DNA of 64,000 nucleotides from Acidobacteriota bacterium (GTDB lineage: Bacteria; Acidobacteriota; UBA6911), in NCBI GenBank assembly GCA_963664705.1, contig OY761556.1:256001-320000 (forward strand), written 5' to 3'. The notes under the pieces were generated by a model. The model made no database searches and was not told the origin of the DNA. It was given only the letters and a program-made list of their open reading frames with translations. Below are positions 33,452 to 43,074 of this stretch, piece by piece. Numbering within the stretch: position 1 is the first letter of the stretch; each line of letters begins with the position of its first letter. The translations under genes were made by a program, and so were the position numbers.

Positions 33452-34746
33452 GCAACACGAATGAAACTCATGACCAAGGTTGCCTGGATAATAATTTGGA
33501 TCGGTTGCTCGAATTGGGCGAGCCGACTCCCGGGATGCCTGAAGATCTGAAAGCACGGATAAAGTCTAAATTAGTCAAAGCCGGACAGGAACCCGTGAAA
33601 AAAAGAATTTTTCCCGGCCGCTGGGCTGCGTGGCCTGTTGCTGCAACGATCCTGGCAGCCGTCATCCTGATTGTTCTTTGGTATGGCAACTCCTCCAAAG
33701 CTATCGCCTGGGCCGATGTTCAAAAACAGCTCATGCAGGTACACACGCTGACCTTCACAGCCCGTATCGAAACTTCATCCAATACGGGCGTGCCAATCAC
33801 CGAACAACTTTACAGGGTGTATCACCAGGATCCCGGGCTTTCGAGAAACGAGTTGTACGCCTCGAGAGCGGATATTGAGAGCGGCAAGCCCAAGTTCAAG
33901 TTGGTTAATATCTTCAGGCGAGATCACGATAGGGAAGAAATATTAAGACTATACCCGAATCCCCGTCGGGCAGAATGGAACACTATTATCTTCCATACCA
34001 ACGGCCGCGAGCTTCATTACTCTCCCCCTGTCGATCTGGCGGCTGTTAACTGGAAGTTGTTTAATCAGATCGCTGCTGATAAAACCCGGCGTATCGGCGA
34101 ACGGATAATTAATGGCATGGCCGCCGTTGGCTTCGAATTCGATGTGCCGGCCCGATGGAATATCGGCAATGCCGGGAAAGTCCAAGCGCAATTATGGGCT
34201 GGTCGTGACGACGGCAATGTCCTTTTTATAGAACTGAAGTATCGGAACGCCGAGGGACAGAATGTGAAAGCGGAGTACTTAGACATCCAATGGAATACTC
34301 CGCTGGAAACGGATCTATTCGATTTCGTCGTACCGGAGGGCTGGAAGGTCAGTCGAACCGAGACCGAATCGGCGGAATACGCCAATACCGGATTCGTTCC
34401 CGGTTTCATTCTGCAGATCGGCCCGGAAGGCAGGGAACCATTACTAGGAACAGGAGATGTGGCAGGGGTGGTCCGAGGAGAACAGATTACCCAGCCCGAT
34501 ACCGATATTCCGCGCGGAGTGCGAATTACAATCCAGTTGAGGCCGGAGGCGGTGCAGCGGCTGCGGGATTATGCTGATGCCAATCCGAGCACACTCATTG
34601 TCGCCGATTTCAATAGGCAGATAAAGGCCGTCCCGAGCCCGATTGGAACAGATTCCTCTCTGCTGAGCTTCGATCTTAGCTTACTAAACCTTTCTCTAGC
34701 CGAGCTGGAACAGAAATATTTCACAACCACTATCGAAAGGAAATAA
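33448..34746 (+). CDS. Putative single-pass anti-sigma factor with LolA/RseB-like and SecD-head-like periplasmic domains
   Basis: 4-bp overlap with ECF gene, one TM, DIQWNTPLETDLFDFVVPEGWKV LolA-like end, C-terminal ITIQLRPEAVQRL...N...IVADFNRQIKAVP. Confidence 0.65.
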   Translation: MSNTNETHDQGCLDNNLDRLLELGEPTPGMPEDLKARIKSKLVKAGQEPVKKRIFPGRWAAWPVAATILAAVILIVLWYGNSSKAIAWADVQKQLMQVHTLTFTARIETSSNTGVPITEQLYRVYHQDPGLSRNELYASRADIESGKPKFKLVNIFRRDHDREEILRLYPNPRRAEWNTIIFHTNGRELHYSPPVDLAAVNWKLFNQIAADKTRRIGERIINGMAAVGFEFDVPARWNIGNAGKVQAQLWAGRDDGNVLFIELKYRNAEGQNVKAEYLDIQWNTPLETDLFDFVVPEGWKVSRTETESAEYANTGFVPGFILQIGPEGREPLLGTGDVAGVVRGEQITQPDTDIPRGVRITIQLRPEAVQRLRDYADANPSTLIVADFNRQIKAVPSPIGTDSSLLSFDLSLLNLSLAELEQKYFTTTIERK

Positions 34747-34748
34747 CT

Positions 34749-35252
34749 ATGACCATCAGCATGCAATATGGAAAACCTCATCTTTGTGTTCATACAGTCC
34801 TGCTCTTTGCGGTTTTGGCGGTTATCTTCACAACCGCTCTCACAGCCGCAGTGTTAGCGGGCGACCAAACCGGAAAGCTTAATTTCGAACTCCGGCTCGC
34901 TTCATATCACAAAGTGGAGGGGTGGAACATGGTTGCCGGTCCCGGACCGGAGAAGACTCCCATATGGCTCTCGCCCGAAGTTGCTCTGACTAATTCCGAA
35001 ATAGCCCACGCCTGGCCTCAACCGGATGCAGACGGATTCGGTGTAGGATTTATGCTCACAGAGGAAGGGTCTCTGAAATTAGCGCGTCTAACCAAGTCTC
35101 ATATCGGCGAAAACGTGGCTATAATGCTCGACGGTCAGGTCACTGCTACCCCGAAAATCATGGCCGAAATTACCGGCGGACGAGCCATGATAAATGGCAA
35201 ATTTACTGAAGAATCAGCCGGATTGCTCGCGAAGCGGATCACGATGAAGTGA
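34749..35252 (+). CDS. Exported stand-alone SecD/SecDF P1-head-domain protein
   Basis: Hydrophobic leader; VGFMLTEEGSLKLARLTKSHIGENVAIMLDGQVTATPKIMAEITGGRAMINGKFTEESA closely resembles the SecD P1 head. Confidence 0.8.
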   Translation: MTISMQYGKPHLCVHTVLLFAVLAVIFTTALTAAVLAGDQTGKLNFELRLASYHKVEGWNMVAGPGPEKTPIWLSPEVALTNSEIAHAWPQPDADGFGVGFMLTEEGSLKLARLTKSHIGENVAIMLDGQVTATPKIMAEITGGRAMINGKFTEESAGLLAKRITMK

Positions 35253-35508
35253 TCATCTTCCGAATTGTGAAAAAAGGTCAGGAACGTGGATTTTACCAAA
35301 CAGCCACATCGTAAGATCAACACAAAGATTGATCCTGCTGGATGAGCTGATCCTCTGTATTGGCGAATTTGGTGTCCTTTTCTATCGCGTTCCAAAGCGA
35401 CTGGTGCGGTTAAATGGGAACCAATGAGACCGCAAATATCCCCTGCAAATCCGGCCTTGCCGAGCATATCTTCAAGAAGAATAGGAAGTTGCATTAAAAG
35501 GAGGACCG

Positions 35509-35746
35509 GAATCCCTGTCTCCCAGCCAAAGTTTTTTTCTGCTTAATCCTCAATCACTTACAGCCGCTATTTTTGCTTGATGCCTACAATTTCCGCTCGA
35601 CGAATGTAAATTCTTCGCTGATCCCGCAATAAGTTGCATAGTGATGGGTTGATTCAGACGATTGCCTATCCAACATGATTCAGGTTCCCGACGCGCCTTT
35701 ACCGGCGGCGGAGGTTGCAGTCGTTTCCTATGTCCGGTTACGCGAC
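35509..35746 (+). repeat. Direct repeat copy 2 (tRNA-Gln 3' fragment plus downstream sequence)
   Basis: Starts GAATCCCTGTCTCCCAGCCA; near-identical to 32344-32580. Confidence 0.95.
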
Positions 35747-35858
35747 CATCTGCCTAGTGACGGATTAATGAAAGGGTATATGCTTCAAGAATGTCGTGTA
35801 GGGCTTATTTCAGAATGAGCTGAGCCATTCAGCCAACGCTCTCGAAGGGAGAAGAATC

Positions 35859-37079
35859 ATGCGCGCATTATTATCGACAATCGGCTCGCAGGGCGATGTC
35901 CAGCCGCTAGTAGCGCTAGCGCTTCAGTTGAGGGCGATCGGCCAGGAGGTCCATTTGTGCGTACCGCCCGATTTTCGCGCTTGGCTCAATGGGCTGGGAT
36001 TGTCCATCACTCCTATCGGGCCCGAGGTGCGTTCGGCTGCAGCTAAACCAGCGGCGGCCCTCATTCCAACGCCCGAGCAACGTCATCAAATGATGAAAGA
36101 CATGGTCGCCATGCAATTCGACACAATCGCGGAAGCGGCCCAAAGCTGCGATATTATTTTGGCGGCAACTGCTTTGCAGATAGCTGCGCGATCAGTTGCG
36201 GAAAAAATTGGCATCCCCTATGTCTTCACAGCCTATAGCCCGATTGTTCTGCCTTCGCCTCTCCACGCCCCTCCGCCTCTACCACCTCTGCCCGGGCAGG
36301 CATCTCTGCCTCCCACGACGGATAATCGTGAACTTTGGGCGCGCGATACCAAACGCTTCAACGACGTTTTCGGCGCAGCGCTAGTAGCTCTGCGCACCTC
36401 AAAGGGCTTAGCCTCGGTCGGTGATGTGCGCAACCACATGTTTACCGACAGGCCTTGGCTGGCCGCAGACCTGGTATTGGCCCCCTGGCCTGACCCCGCA
36501 GACCAATTTGTGTTTCAGCCGGGCGCCTGGATTCTCCCGGATGAACGTCCGCTCCCTCCTGAGCTGAAGAAGTTTCTGGATGCCGGCGAACCGCCCGTCT
36601 ACTTCGGCTTCGGCAGTACGCGTGCACCAGCAGGCATCAGCCAGGTGATGATTCAGGCGGCACGCTCGATTGGGCGTCGCGTAATCATCTCTCAGGGTTG
36701 GGCTGACCTGTCGGTCGTGAACGACGAACCAGACTGCCAGGTCATCGGCGAAGTTAATCTTGTGGCGCTGTTCAAAAGGGTAGCCGTCATTGTTCACCAC
36801 GGCGGCGCCGGCACAACCACGCTGGCCGCGCGGGCAGGCAGACCCCAAGTCGCAATCCCGCAACTTTACGACCAACGCTACTGGGCCCACCGTATCCATC
36901 ACCTCGGTATCGGAATCGAGCACCCGGCCGGCACACCGACCGCTGACTCGCTGGTGGGCGCCCTTGAGCACGCTCTCCGCCCCGATGTTATTGCTCGAGC
37001 TAAATCCATCGCGGGCACGGTGCGCAGCGATGGTGCCCAGTTGGCCGCCCAGCGGTTGGTAGCAACCGCAAAGAGGTGA
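35859..37079 (+). CDS. GT1-family glycosyltransferase (Gtf/sterol glucosyltransferase-like)
   Basis: GSQGDVQPLVALA, PVYFGFGS, VHHGGAGTT, DQRYWA. Confidence 0.92.
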   Translation: MRALLSTIGSQGDVQPLVALALQLRAIGQEVHLCVPPDFRAWLNGLGLSITPIGPEVRSAAAKPAAALIPTPEQRHQMMKDMVAMQFDTIAEAAQSCDIILAATALQIAARSVAEKIGIPYVFTAYSPIVLPSPLHAPPPLPPLPGQASLPPTTDNRELWARDTKRFNDVFGAALVALRTSKGLASVGDVRNHMFTDRPWLAADLVLAPWPDPADQFVFQPGAWILPDERPLPPELKKFLDAGEPPVYFGFGSTRAPAGISQVMIQAARSIGRRVIISQGWADLSVVNDEPDCQVIGEVNLVALFKRVAVIVHHGGAGTTTLAARAGRPQVAIPQLYDQRYWAHRIHHLGIGIEHPAGTPTADSLVGALEHALRPDVIARAKSIAGTVRSDGAQLAAQRLVATAKR

Positions 37080-37364
37080 CCGCGGCTGGACATCAGATCG
37101 GAAATGGTCGTGTATCGTGCAAACCGGAGAAGTGTGTCGCATGAGTGCTCCGCATTTGGAGAGTATGCGGCACCTTTCTTGCCTTGATTGCCTCGTGGGT
37201 AATGGGGAATTCCCTAGAACGCCCGGGCTCTATTCCCAAGGACCGGCATACAATCTGGCATTTTCAGCAAGGTGGTATCCGTATACCCCGCGATTTATGC
37301 TGCTGGCTCAATTTTGTCGTTCAGCTCTATGGGATCAAGAAGGGCAGGAGCCAAAAGCGAAACC

Positions 37365-38210
37365 CTATTTTTTCTTTTTAGAGGATCGTTTATATACGCC
37401 AAGGCCGGGCTTATAGGATTTATCATCGAGAAATTGCTTGAAACCCTCTTCGTGCTCCTCCCCGGCAAACGACCAGAGTTGTTCCTGCTTCGATGTAAGG
37501 TATTCTTCAGAAAAATCCCAACTCAGTTCCTGGCTTCTCTTGAAGGAGTCTTTGGCCGCCTTTAATACCGCGGGACTTTTCTCGAGCAGGAGGTTGGCCA
37601 ATTCACGGACCCGTTCCCGAAGTCTTGCCAGCGGTACGGACTCGTTTACAAGACCCATCGAGGCTGCCTTTTTGCCATCGAACAACTGTCCCGTCATGAC
37701 ATAGTACAATCCATCGCGGGAGCGCATCGTTTCGGCCACTGCTTTGCTGACATTTCCTGCAGGAATTATGCCCCAATTTATCTCAGATAACCCGAATTGC
37801 GCTTCGTCCGCCGCAATTGCCAGATCGCAGGAAACGATCGGGATAAAGGCCCCGCCCAATGCCCAGCCATTGACCATTGCAATCGTCGATTTTTCGAAAT
37901 AACGCAGCCGGCGCCAGGCCCATTCGTAATTGATTCGCCGGGCCTTGATGGTTGCGATGCGCGGACGCTTCTTCATATCCCGGAAGTACTCTTTGATATC
38001 CATGCCTGCGGAGAATGCCTGGCCTGCTCCCGTAAGCACCATGACTCCGCAATCGTCATTTGCTTCAACCTCATCGAAAATCTCCAGCATCCGCGTGGCA
38101 AGCGCCGGGTTGATGGCATTGCGTTTTTCCGGCCGGTTGATCGTGACCCACGCCACTCCCCGATCGTATTCAAGTTTTACAATATTCTTCTCATCTGCTT
38201 TGGATTTCAT
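37365..38210 (-). CDS. p-Hydroxycinnamoyl-CoA hydratase/lyase (crotonase family)
   Basis: NRPEKRNA, AGMDIKEYFR, FGLSEINWGI, LYYVMTG, KQFLDDKSYKPGL typical of HCHL/Ech; start moved to ATG 38210. Confidence 0.88.
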   Translation of the reverse strand: MKSKADEKNIVKLEYDRGVAWVTINRPEKRNAINPALATRMLEIFDEVEANDDCGVMVLTGAGQAFSAGMDIKEYFRDMKKRPRIATIKARRINYEWAWRRLRYFEKSTIAMVNGWALGGAFIPIVSCDLAIAADEAQFGLSEINWGIIPAGNVSKAVAETMRSRDGLYYVMTGQLFDGKKAASMGLVNESVPLARLRERVRELANLLLEKSPAVLKAAKDSFKRSQELSWDFSEEYLTSKQEQLWSFAGEEHEEGFKQFLDDKSYKPGLGVYKRSSKKKK

Positions 38211-38377
38211 GACATTCTCCCCAAAAACAAAATTGTATCCTGTCCGGCGCCGTCGGGTTTTCCCCGACCCGTTGAATCTGCTTGACCCAATCAGTACAAC
38301 GGTATCAAAGTACCTGCCGTAGCGTGCACCCGCAAGAGCATTGAGTAAACCGATGTGCCATCCGAAAGGAAAGAGTG

Positions 38378-38851
38378 ATGAAACGATCTGTTGTCGTGAT
38401 TGTTTTTCTTTTGGCGGCGGTGGCCATGACCGCCATGGCTGCAGACCCATGGAACGGGACATGGAAGATAAACCCGGCCAAATCCAAAGCCCCGGGAGGC
38501 CGGCTGCCCCACCCAAGCTCCACCAATATAATCGAAATCCAGGGGGAAACGATGCACCTGATTTCCAACCAGACGGATGGAACGGGGAAACTGGAGCGCG
38601 TGGAGTATACTGCGGCATTCGACGGTAAGGAATATCCTGTTAAATCGGTGCCGCCGGGGCCTCAGCCCTATACGATCTCGCTGAAACGGATCGATGCGCG
38701 CACGCGGGAATTTGTTGAGATTATCGGCAAATTTACTATTAAGGGTCGGGATGTCCTCTCTGCGGACGGCAAGAGCTTTGATCGCATTGTAAACAGCAAG
38801 GATGCTGAGGGCCACGACACCAGCGTGATTCAGGTCTTCGACCGACAGTAG
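38378..38851 (+). CDS. Exported hypothetical protein (lipocalin-like beta fold)
   Basis: Signal peptide, ADPWNGTWKINPAKSK, FDGKEYP, LSADGK, VFDRQ. Confidence 0.75.
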   Translation: MKRSVVVIVFLLAAVAMTAMAADPWNGTWKINPAKSKAPGGRLPHPSSTNIIEIQGETMHLISNQTDGTGKLERVEYTAAFDGKEYPVKSVPPGPQPYTISLKRIDARTREFVEIIGKFTIKGRDVLSADGKSFDRIVNSKDAEGHDTSVIQVFDRQ

Positions 38852-38902
38852 CGCTGCTGCCCCACTTCCGCCGTATTGTCAGTTGTTGATTCTGCCGGAT
38901 GG

Positions 38903-38940
38903 ATGGATCCCATAGTGTCCGAACCATGGGATCCATAAAA
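38903..38940 (-). terminator. Hairpin between convergent genes
   Basis: ATGGATCCCAT-N12-ATGGGATCCAT; no clear U tract. Confidence 0.5.
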
Positions 38941-38962
38941 GGCCTGTTTTGTCGTGCTTCAT

Positions 38963-40480
38963 TTAAGGCATTAACAGATTCTTTGTCGCGAAGTACGGCT
39001 CGGTGGTCAGATTTACGCCAAGCTTACGCAGGCCTGCTTCATCTCCGGCCGTGGGAATGTGGGTCATATGAACTTCACAGCCGCGCAAGTCCGTCAGCTT
39101 TTCGATCGCCATTTGCGCGGCCGGGTTATTGGCGGCGCTGATGCTTAGCGCGATCAGGGTTTCCTCGAGGTCGAGACTCACGGATTTCTCCTGGAGAATA
39201 TCTGTCTTCAGGCTGCGCACCGAATCGGTAATGGATTTTGGCAGCAGTTTGATTTTGCTCGGGATGTCGGCAAGGCGTTTGATGGCATTCAGGATTAGGC
39301 TTGAGGATGCATGCATCAGCGGCGAATTGTTGCCGGTGATGATGGTTCCATCCTTGAGTTGAATGGCCGCGCCACAGAAAATGCCTTCATTCCCCTTCTC
39401 CTGTACCTGAGCCTGCCGGGCGGCTTCCCAGGAGGGAGCCACGACTATGCGGTCTTCCGGTTTCAGTCCCAGATCTTTCAAGAACAGCTCGACGCGCTGT
39501 ACCGTCTCCTTGTCGGTCAATCCCATCGCATATTCGCAGCGGTAGCGGAAGCACCTGCGGATGATCTCCTGTCTCGAAGCTTCTCCTGTTACATCGTCGT
39601 CGATGATGGCAAAGCCAGCTTTGTTGACGCCCATGTCGGTTGGAGACTGGTAAAAGGATTTTCCTCCCGTGATCTTGCCCATGATCCGTTTAACGACGGG
39701 AAATACTTCCACGTCGCGATTGTAGTTGACGGCAGTTTTTCCGTAGGCTTCCAGGTGAAATGGATCGATCAGGTTGAAGTCGCGGATATCCGCCGTGGCG
39801 GCCTCGTACGCTACATTTACTGGGTGCGTGAGCGGTAGATTCCATATTGGAAATGTCTCGAACTTGGCATACCCGGCCTTAACGCCCCGGCGGTATTCGT
39901 GGTAAAGCTGAGACAGGCAGGTCGCAAGTTTTCCGCTGCCGGGTCCGGGGCCGGTCACAATTACCAGCGGCTTTTCGGTCTCGATATACGGATTCTTTCC
40001 ATACCCTTCATCGCTCACGATCGATTCGACATCGGTTGGATACCCTTTCGTGAAGCTGTGGGTGAAGACTTGGATATTTCTTCGCTCCAGTTTATTTTTG
40101 AAGAGGGTTGCCGCCGGCTGATGGTCGAAGCGCGTGATGATGACTCCGCGTACGTTGATGCCCCAATGACGGAGATCGTCGATCAGCTTCATGGCATCCG
40201 CATCGTAGGTGATGCCAAAATCCGCCCTGATCTTCTTGCGCTCGATGTCTCCTGCATAGATGCACAGTAGAATATCGGCTTTCTCCTTGAGTTCCCGGAT
40301 CAGCCGCATTTTCACATTCGGATCATAGCCGGGGAGCACACGGGATGCGTGATAGTCGAACAAAAGCTTCCCGCCGAATTCGAGATAGAGCTTATTGTCG
40401 AATCGCTCCACCCGCTGGGTAATCTCCACCATTTGCTCGCGTATGTATCGTTCATTGTCAAATCCGATTCTGACGGGCAT
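38963..40480 (-). CDS. DUF1846-family protein
   Basis: KLYLEFGGKL, GPGPGSGKLATCLSQLYH, YAKFETFPIWN, SPTDMGVN. Confidence 0.92.
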   Translation of the reverse strand: MPVRIGFDNERYIREQMVEITQRVERFDNKLYLEFGGKLLFDYHASRVLPGYDPNVKMRLIRELKEKADILLCIYAGDIERKKIRADFGITYDADAMKLIDDLRHWGINVRGVIITRFDHQPAATLFKNKLERRNIQVFTHSFTKGYPTDVESIVSDEGYGKNPYIETEKPLVIVTGPGPGSGKLATCLSQLYHEYRRGVKAGYAKFETFPIWNLPLTHPVNVAYEAATADIRDFNLIDPFHLEAYGKTAVNYNRDVEVFPVVKRIMGKITGGKSFYQSPTDMGVNKAGFAIIDDDVTGEASRQEIIRRCFRYRCEYAMGLTDKETVQRVELFLKDLGLKPEDRIVVAPSWEAARQAQVQEKGNEGIFCGAAIQLKDGTIITGNNSPLMHASSSLILNAIKRLADIPSKIKLLPKSITDSVRSLKTDILQEKSVSLDLEETLIALSISAANNPAAQMAIEKLTDLRGCEVHMTHIPTAGDEAGLRKLGVNLTTEPYFATKNLLMP

Positions 40481-40656
40481 GAGTACTTTTGAACCCTCCT
40501 GGGATGTGTATGAGTAATATGGAATGACGAATTTATAACGGTATCCGTGAACTATCTTCAACTACTAAATATGAAAATCCTATTGCGGGCCCGGTAATGA
40601 TCAAATGCCAGATCGTGTTGTCCCGCATTGGGCTTCCTAGGACTTGCCTGCTTTGA

Positions 40657-41853
40657 TCATCTTGCTTCGGCCTGCCGTGCTTTGATCTCTTTATACGTTA
40701 TTGTGTCGATCAAAATATATGCGAGCAAGACGATAAGCCCGGCCAGAGAGATGACAAACGCCTGGCGAAAGTCCGTGATTCCCATCTGTTTTTGAATCCA
40801 GGCAAATGCCAGCGGCTGGACGAACTGGCCCAGGCCGGAGGTTGCATAGAAGATGGACATCGCCATGGTAACTGCAACGGGCGCAACCATCGAGGAGACC
40901 CTCGTCAGGACCCCCGGGATTACCAGTGCAAGCCCAACACCGCAGAGCATCATGGCAAGATTAATCAGAATGAGCGAGTGCCCGGTGAAAGCAACAAAAG
41001 CCGCGAGGGCGTTGATCAATAGGCCGCAGGCTATAACATATTTCCGGAAGAGCTTCGCGAGCAGGCCGAAAAACAACGCTACGATGGAGATCGAAATCGT
41101 CAGGAGCGACATGGTCAGGCCCAGATCGGCGGAAGTCGCAATTTTCTCGCCAACAGCCATCATGGCTGTGGTTGTCACAAAGGCGAACGTGAACATTGCA
41201 TAGAACAGGTACCAGACTGAAAATGTCCAGGTGCGCCACGCCATCCTGAATTTGGCTTTGACTTCTTTATTGGTCGCAGATGTTTTTGACTGGCGCTCGG
41301 GCTCCGGTACGATGACAAAAGCGATCAGATAAAACACGGCGCACACTGCCGTGGCGATACATGCATATCTCCAGTTGATTCCCGCGAGGTAACCGCCCAT
41401 AAGCTGGAACACGACGCCGCCAACGGACGCTGCTGCCTGGTTCCACCCCATCATCGTCTGCCTGGTCGAACCGTCGAAAAAATGCACGATCAGGTCGGCT
41501 GCGGCCGGAGTCAGAAGGCCAACCCCTGCACCCATCACGAACCGCAGCACCAGGAAGAACGTAAAGTTGTCAATGAAGGCAGGCAGAATACCGCCAATCA
41601 GCAGAAGGACGATAGCGACAAACAGTATCTTACGCCTTGCCGCTATGTCGGTGAGCTTGGCGTAAACCGGCGAAAAAATTACGCAGCACAGCGAAGGGAT
41701 CGTCGACAGCAGTTGAATGATGCTCGGAGCGACTTTGGGAAACGCTGCCTGAATTGCCGGGAGCACCGGATTGAGCATGCTTTGCGGGATCGTGAGCAGG
41801 GCCACCGCCAAAATACCGATTTTGAGTACATTGCGATGGACATCTTTAGTCAT
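40657..41853 (-). CDS. MFS transporter
   Basis: ~12 TM helices, LRFVMGAGVG. Confidence 0.9.
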   Translation of the reverse strand: MTKDVHRNVLKIGILAVALLTIPQSMLNPVLPAIQAAFPKVAPSIIQLLSTIPSLCCVIFSPVYAKLTDIAARRKILFVAIVLLLIGGILPAFIDNFTFFLVLRFVMGAGVGLLTPAAADLIVHFFDGSTRQTMMGWNQAAASVGGVVFQLMGGYLAGINWRYACIATAVCAVFYLIAFVIVPEPERQSKTSATNKEVKAKFRMAWRTWTFSVWYLFYAMFTFAFVTTTAMMAVGEKIATSADLGLTMSLLTISISIVALFFGLLAKLFRKYVIACGLLINALAAFVAFTGHSLILINLAMMLCGVGLALVIPGVLTRVSSMVAPVAVTMAMSIFYATSGLGQFVQPLAFAWIQKQMGITDFRQAFVISLAGLIVLLAYILIDTITYKEIKARQAEAR

Positions 41854-41967
41854 GGACGATTCTCCCTTTCCGGTAAACCAGGCGTAGCGCAACTGCAGTC
41901 ATCCAACCACACGATCCCTTACGGTTTGTACCCGCGGCCTCCGATATCCGGTGCCGGTTTTCGGTAT

Positions 41968-43074
41968 TTAGCCGCCGTAGTTGATTCTCGATTGCTTGTA
42001 AAGCTCTTCGCGGAAGGCATTGGTCAGAATACTGAGCCCGGGCATCATTGAATACATGCTCAACGCGGACGGTTTGTCGGGTCGGCAGTATTTGTTGGCG
42101 TAGGCTCGGGCGTAGGCTCGCTGCTCCTCCTCTGTCGAGTTTTTTACATCGTATATCTCAGGCATTGCCGCAATGATGATCCGGTCGCCGTAGAGGTCGT
42201 AGATCTTCTCGATATCGTTCATCGCCTGCGGCATCCAGGAGTCGAAACCCGCCGCGATCATGTTCGTCACCTGCTTGATATTGCTGCCGCAACAATGCAG
42301 GTCGGCGAATTTGCCCTTTGAGTGAATAAAATCCGTCACCCTGCGCATGAAGGGGACAAGCATCTCGGACACCACCGCGGGCGAGAAAAACGTGTCCTTC
42401 TGTGACCCCCAGTCATCATGTATCGTGTAGATGTCAACCTGTGGGAAATAGGTTATGAATTTATCCATCATCCGTATGTAAAGATCGGAAAGCCTGTCGA
42501 AAAAGCGCTTTACCGCATCTTTCTGTTCCTCGTCCACCATTGCCAGAATAGCGCCTTCAAAATCCATGAATGAGATCAGCCGTTCAAAGTATCCGTTCAT
42601 GAACATAGCGGCATAAGATGCCGTACTGCCCAGGTACTGCTCGTTTGCCTTCGAAGCGCCTTCCCAATCCCAGTTGTCGATGTCCGGCCATATAACCTTT
42701 TTCTCGATGTCATTGGCATCTTCAATGAATGGCTTGCCCGGCCGAACCATCGATCCGCCCGCCGATGGTATGTATTCCCATTCGATGCCGAAAAGGTCCT
42801 TGCCTCCCGTAAGATTGCTGACGCCGGGAACAACGGTGCCGTCAAAAACAAAGGCGCGGGCCACGTTGTCCGGGTTTATCGACGGAGTGAAATTTTTGCT
42901 CTCAACGCCGATTCCCAACATGACCTGCCAGATCGCTTTCCTGGCATACAAAGCTCTGACCGCCTCCTTTCCTGTGGTGGGGAAGCTGTAAATCGGAATT
43001 CCGGGGCCTCCAAAAAAATCCGGCACTTCTGCAGCAACCTGCAGTTCTCTTGGATTGAATTTCGGAATTTGCAT
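41968..43074 (-). CDS. Uroporphyrinogen decarboxylase/MtaA-CmuA-like methyltransferase-family protein
   Basis: DLFGIEW, HDDWGSQ, DLHCCG, WMPQAMND. Confidence 0.78.
   Translation of the reverse strand: MQIPKFNPRELQVAAEVPDFFGGPGIPIYSFPTTGKEAVRALYARKAIWQVMLGIGVESKNFTPSINPDNVARAFVFDGTVVPGVSNLTGGKDLFGIEWEYIPSAGGSMVRPGKPFIEDANDIEKKVIWPDIDNWDWEGASKANEQYLGSTASYAAMFMNGYFERLISFMDFEGAILAMVDEEQKDAVKRFFDRLSDLYIRMMDKFITYFPQVDIYTIHDDWGSQKDTFFSPAVVSEMLVPFMRRVTDFIHSKGKFADLHCCGSNIKQVTNMIAAGFDSWMPQAMNDIEKIYDLYGDRIIIAAMPEIYDVKNSTEEEQRAYARAYANKYCRPDKPSALSMYSMMPGLSILTNAFREELYKQSRINYGG

Larger units (their letters stand above)
32344..35746. mobile_element. Integrase-less mini-island/cassette at tRNA-Gln bounded by long direct repeats
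   Basis: tRNA 3'-end duplication flanking three accessory genes; no recombinase in the window. Confidence 0.55.

Noticed and set aside
34749-35252. secD gene or secD pseudogene
   Set aside because: Complete ORF with its own leader and stop; no SecD TM domains, secF or yajC nearby
32344-35746. CRISPR array, prophage, or second tRNA gene
   Set aside because: Only two long repeats, no cas or phage genes; copy 2 has only the last 20 nt of the tRNA
38211-38618. N-terminal extension of the 417-aa crotonase ORF
   Set aside because: Overlaps the credible + strand exported protein; homology starts at ATG 38210, which has an RBS
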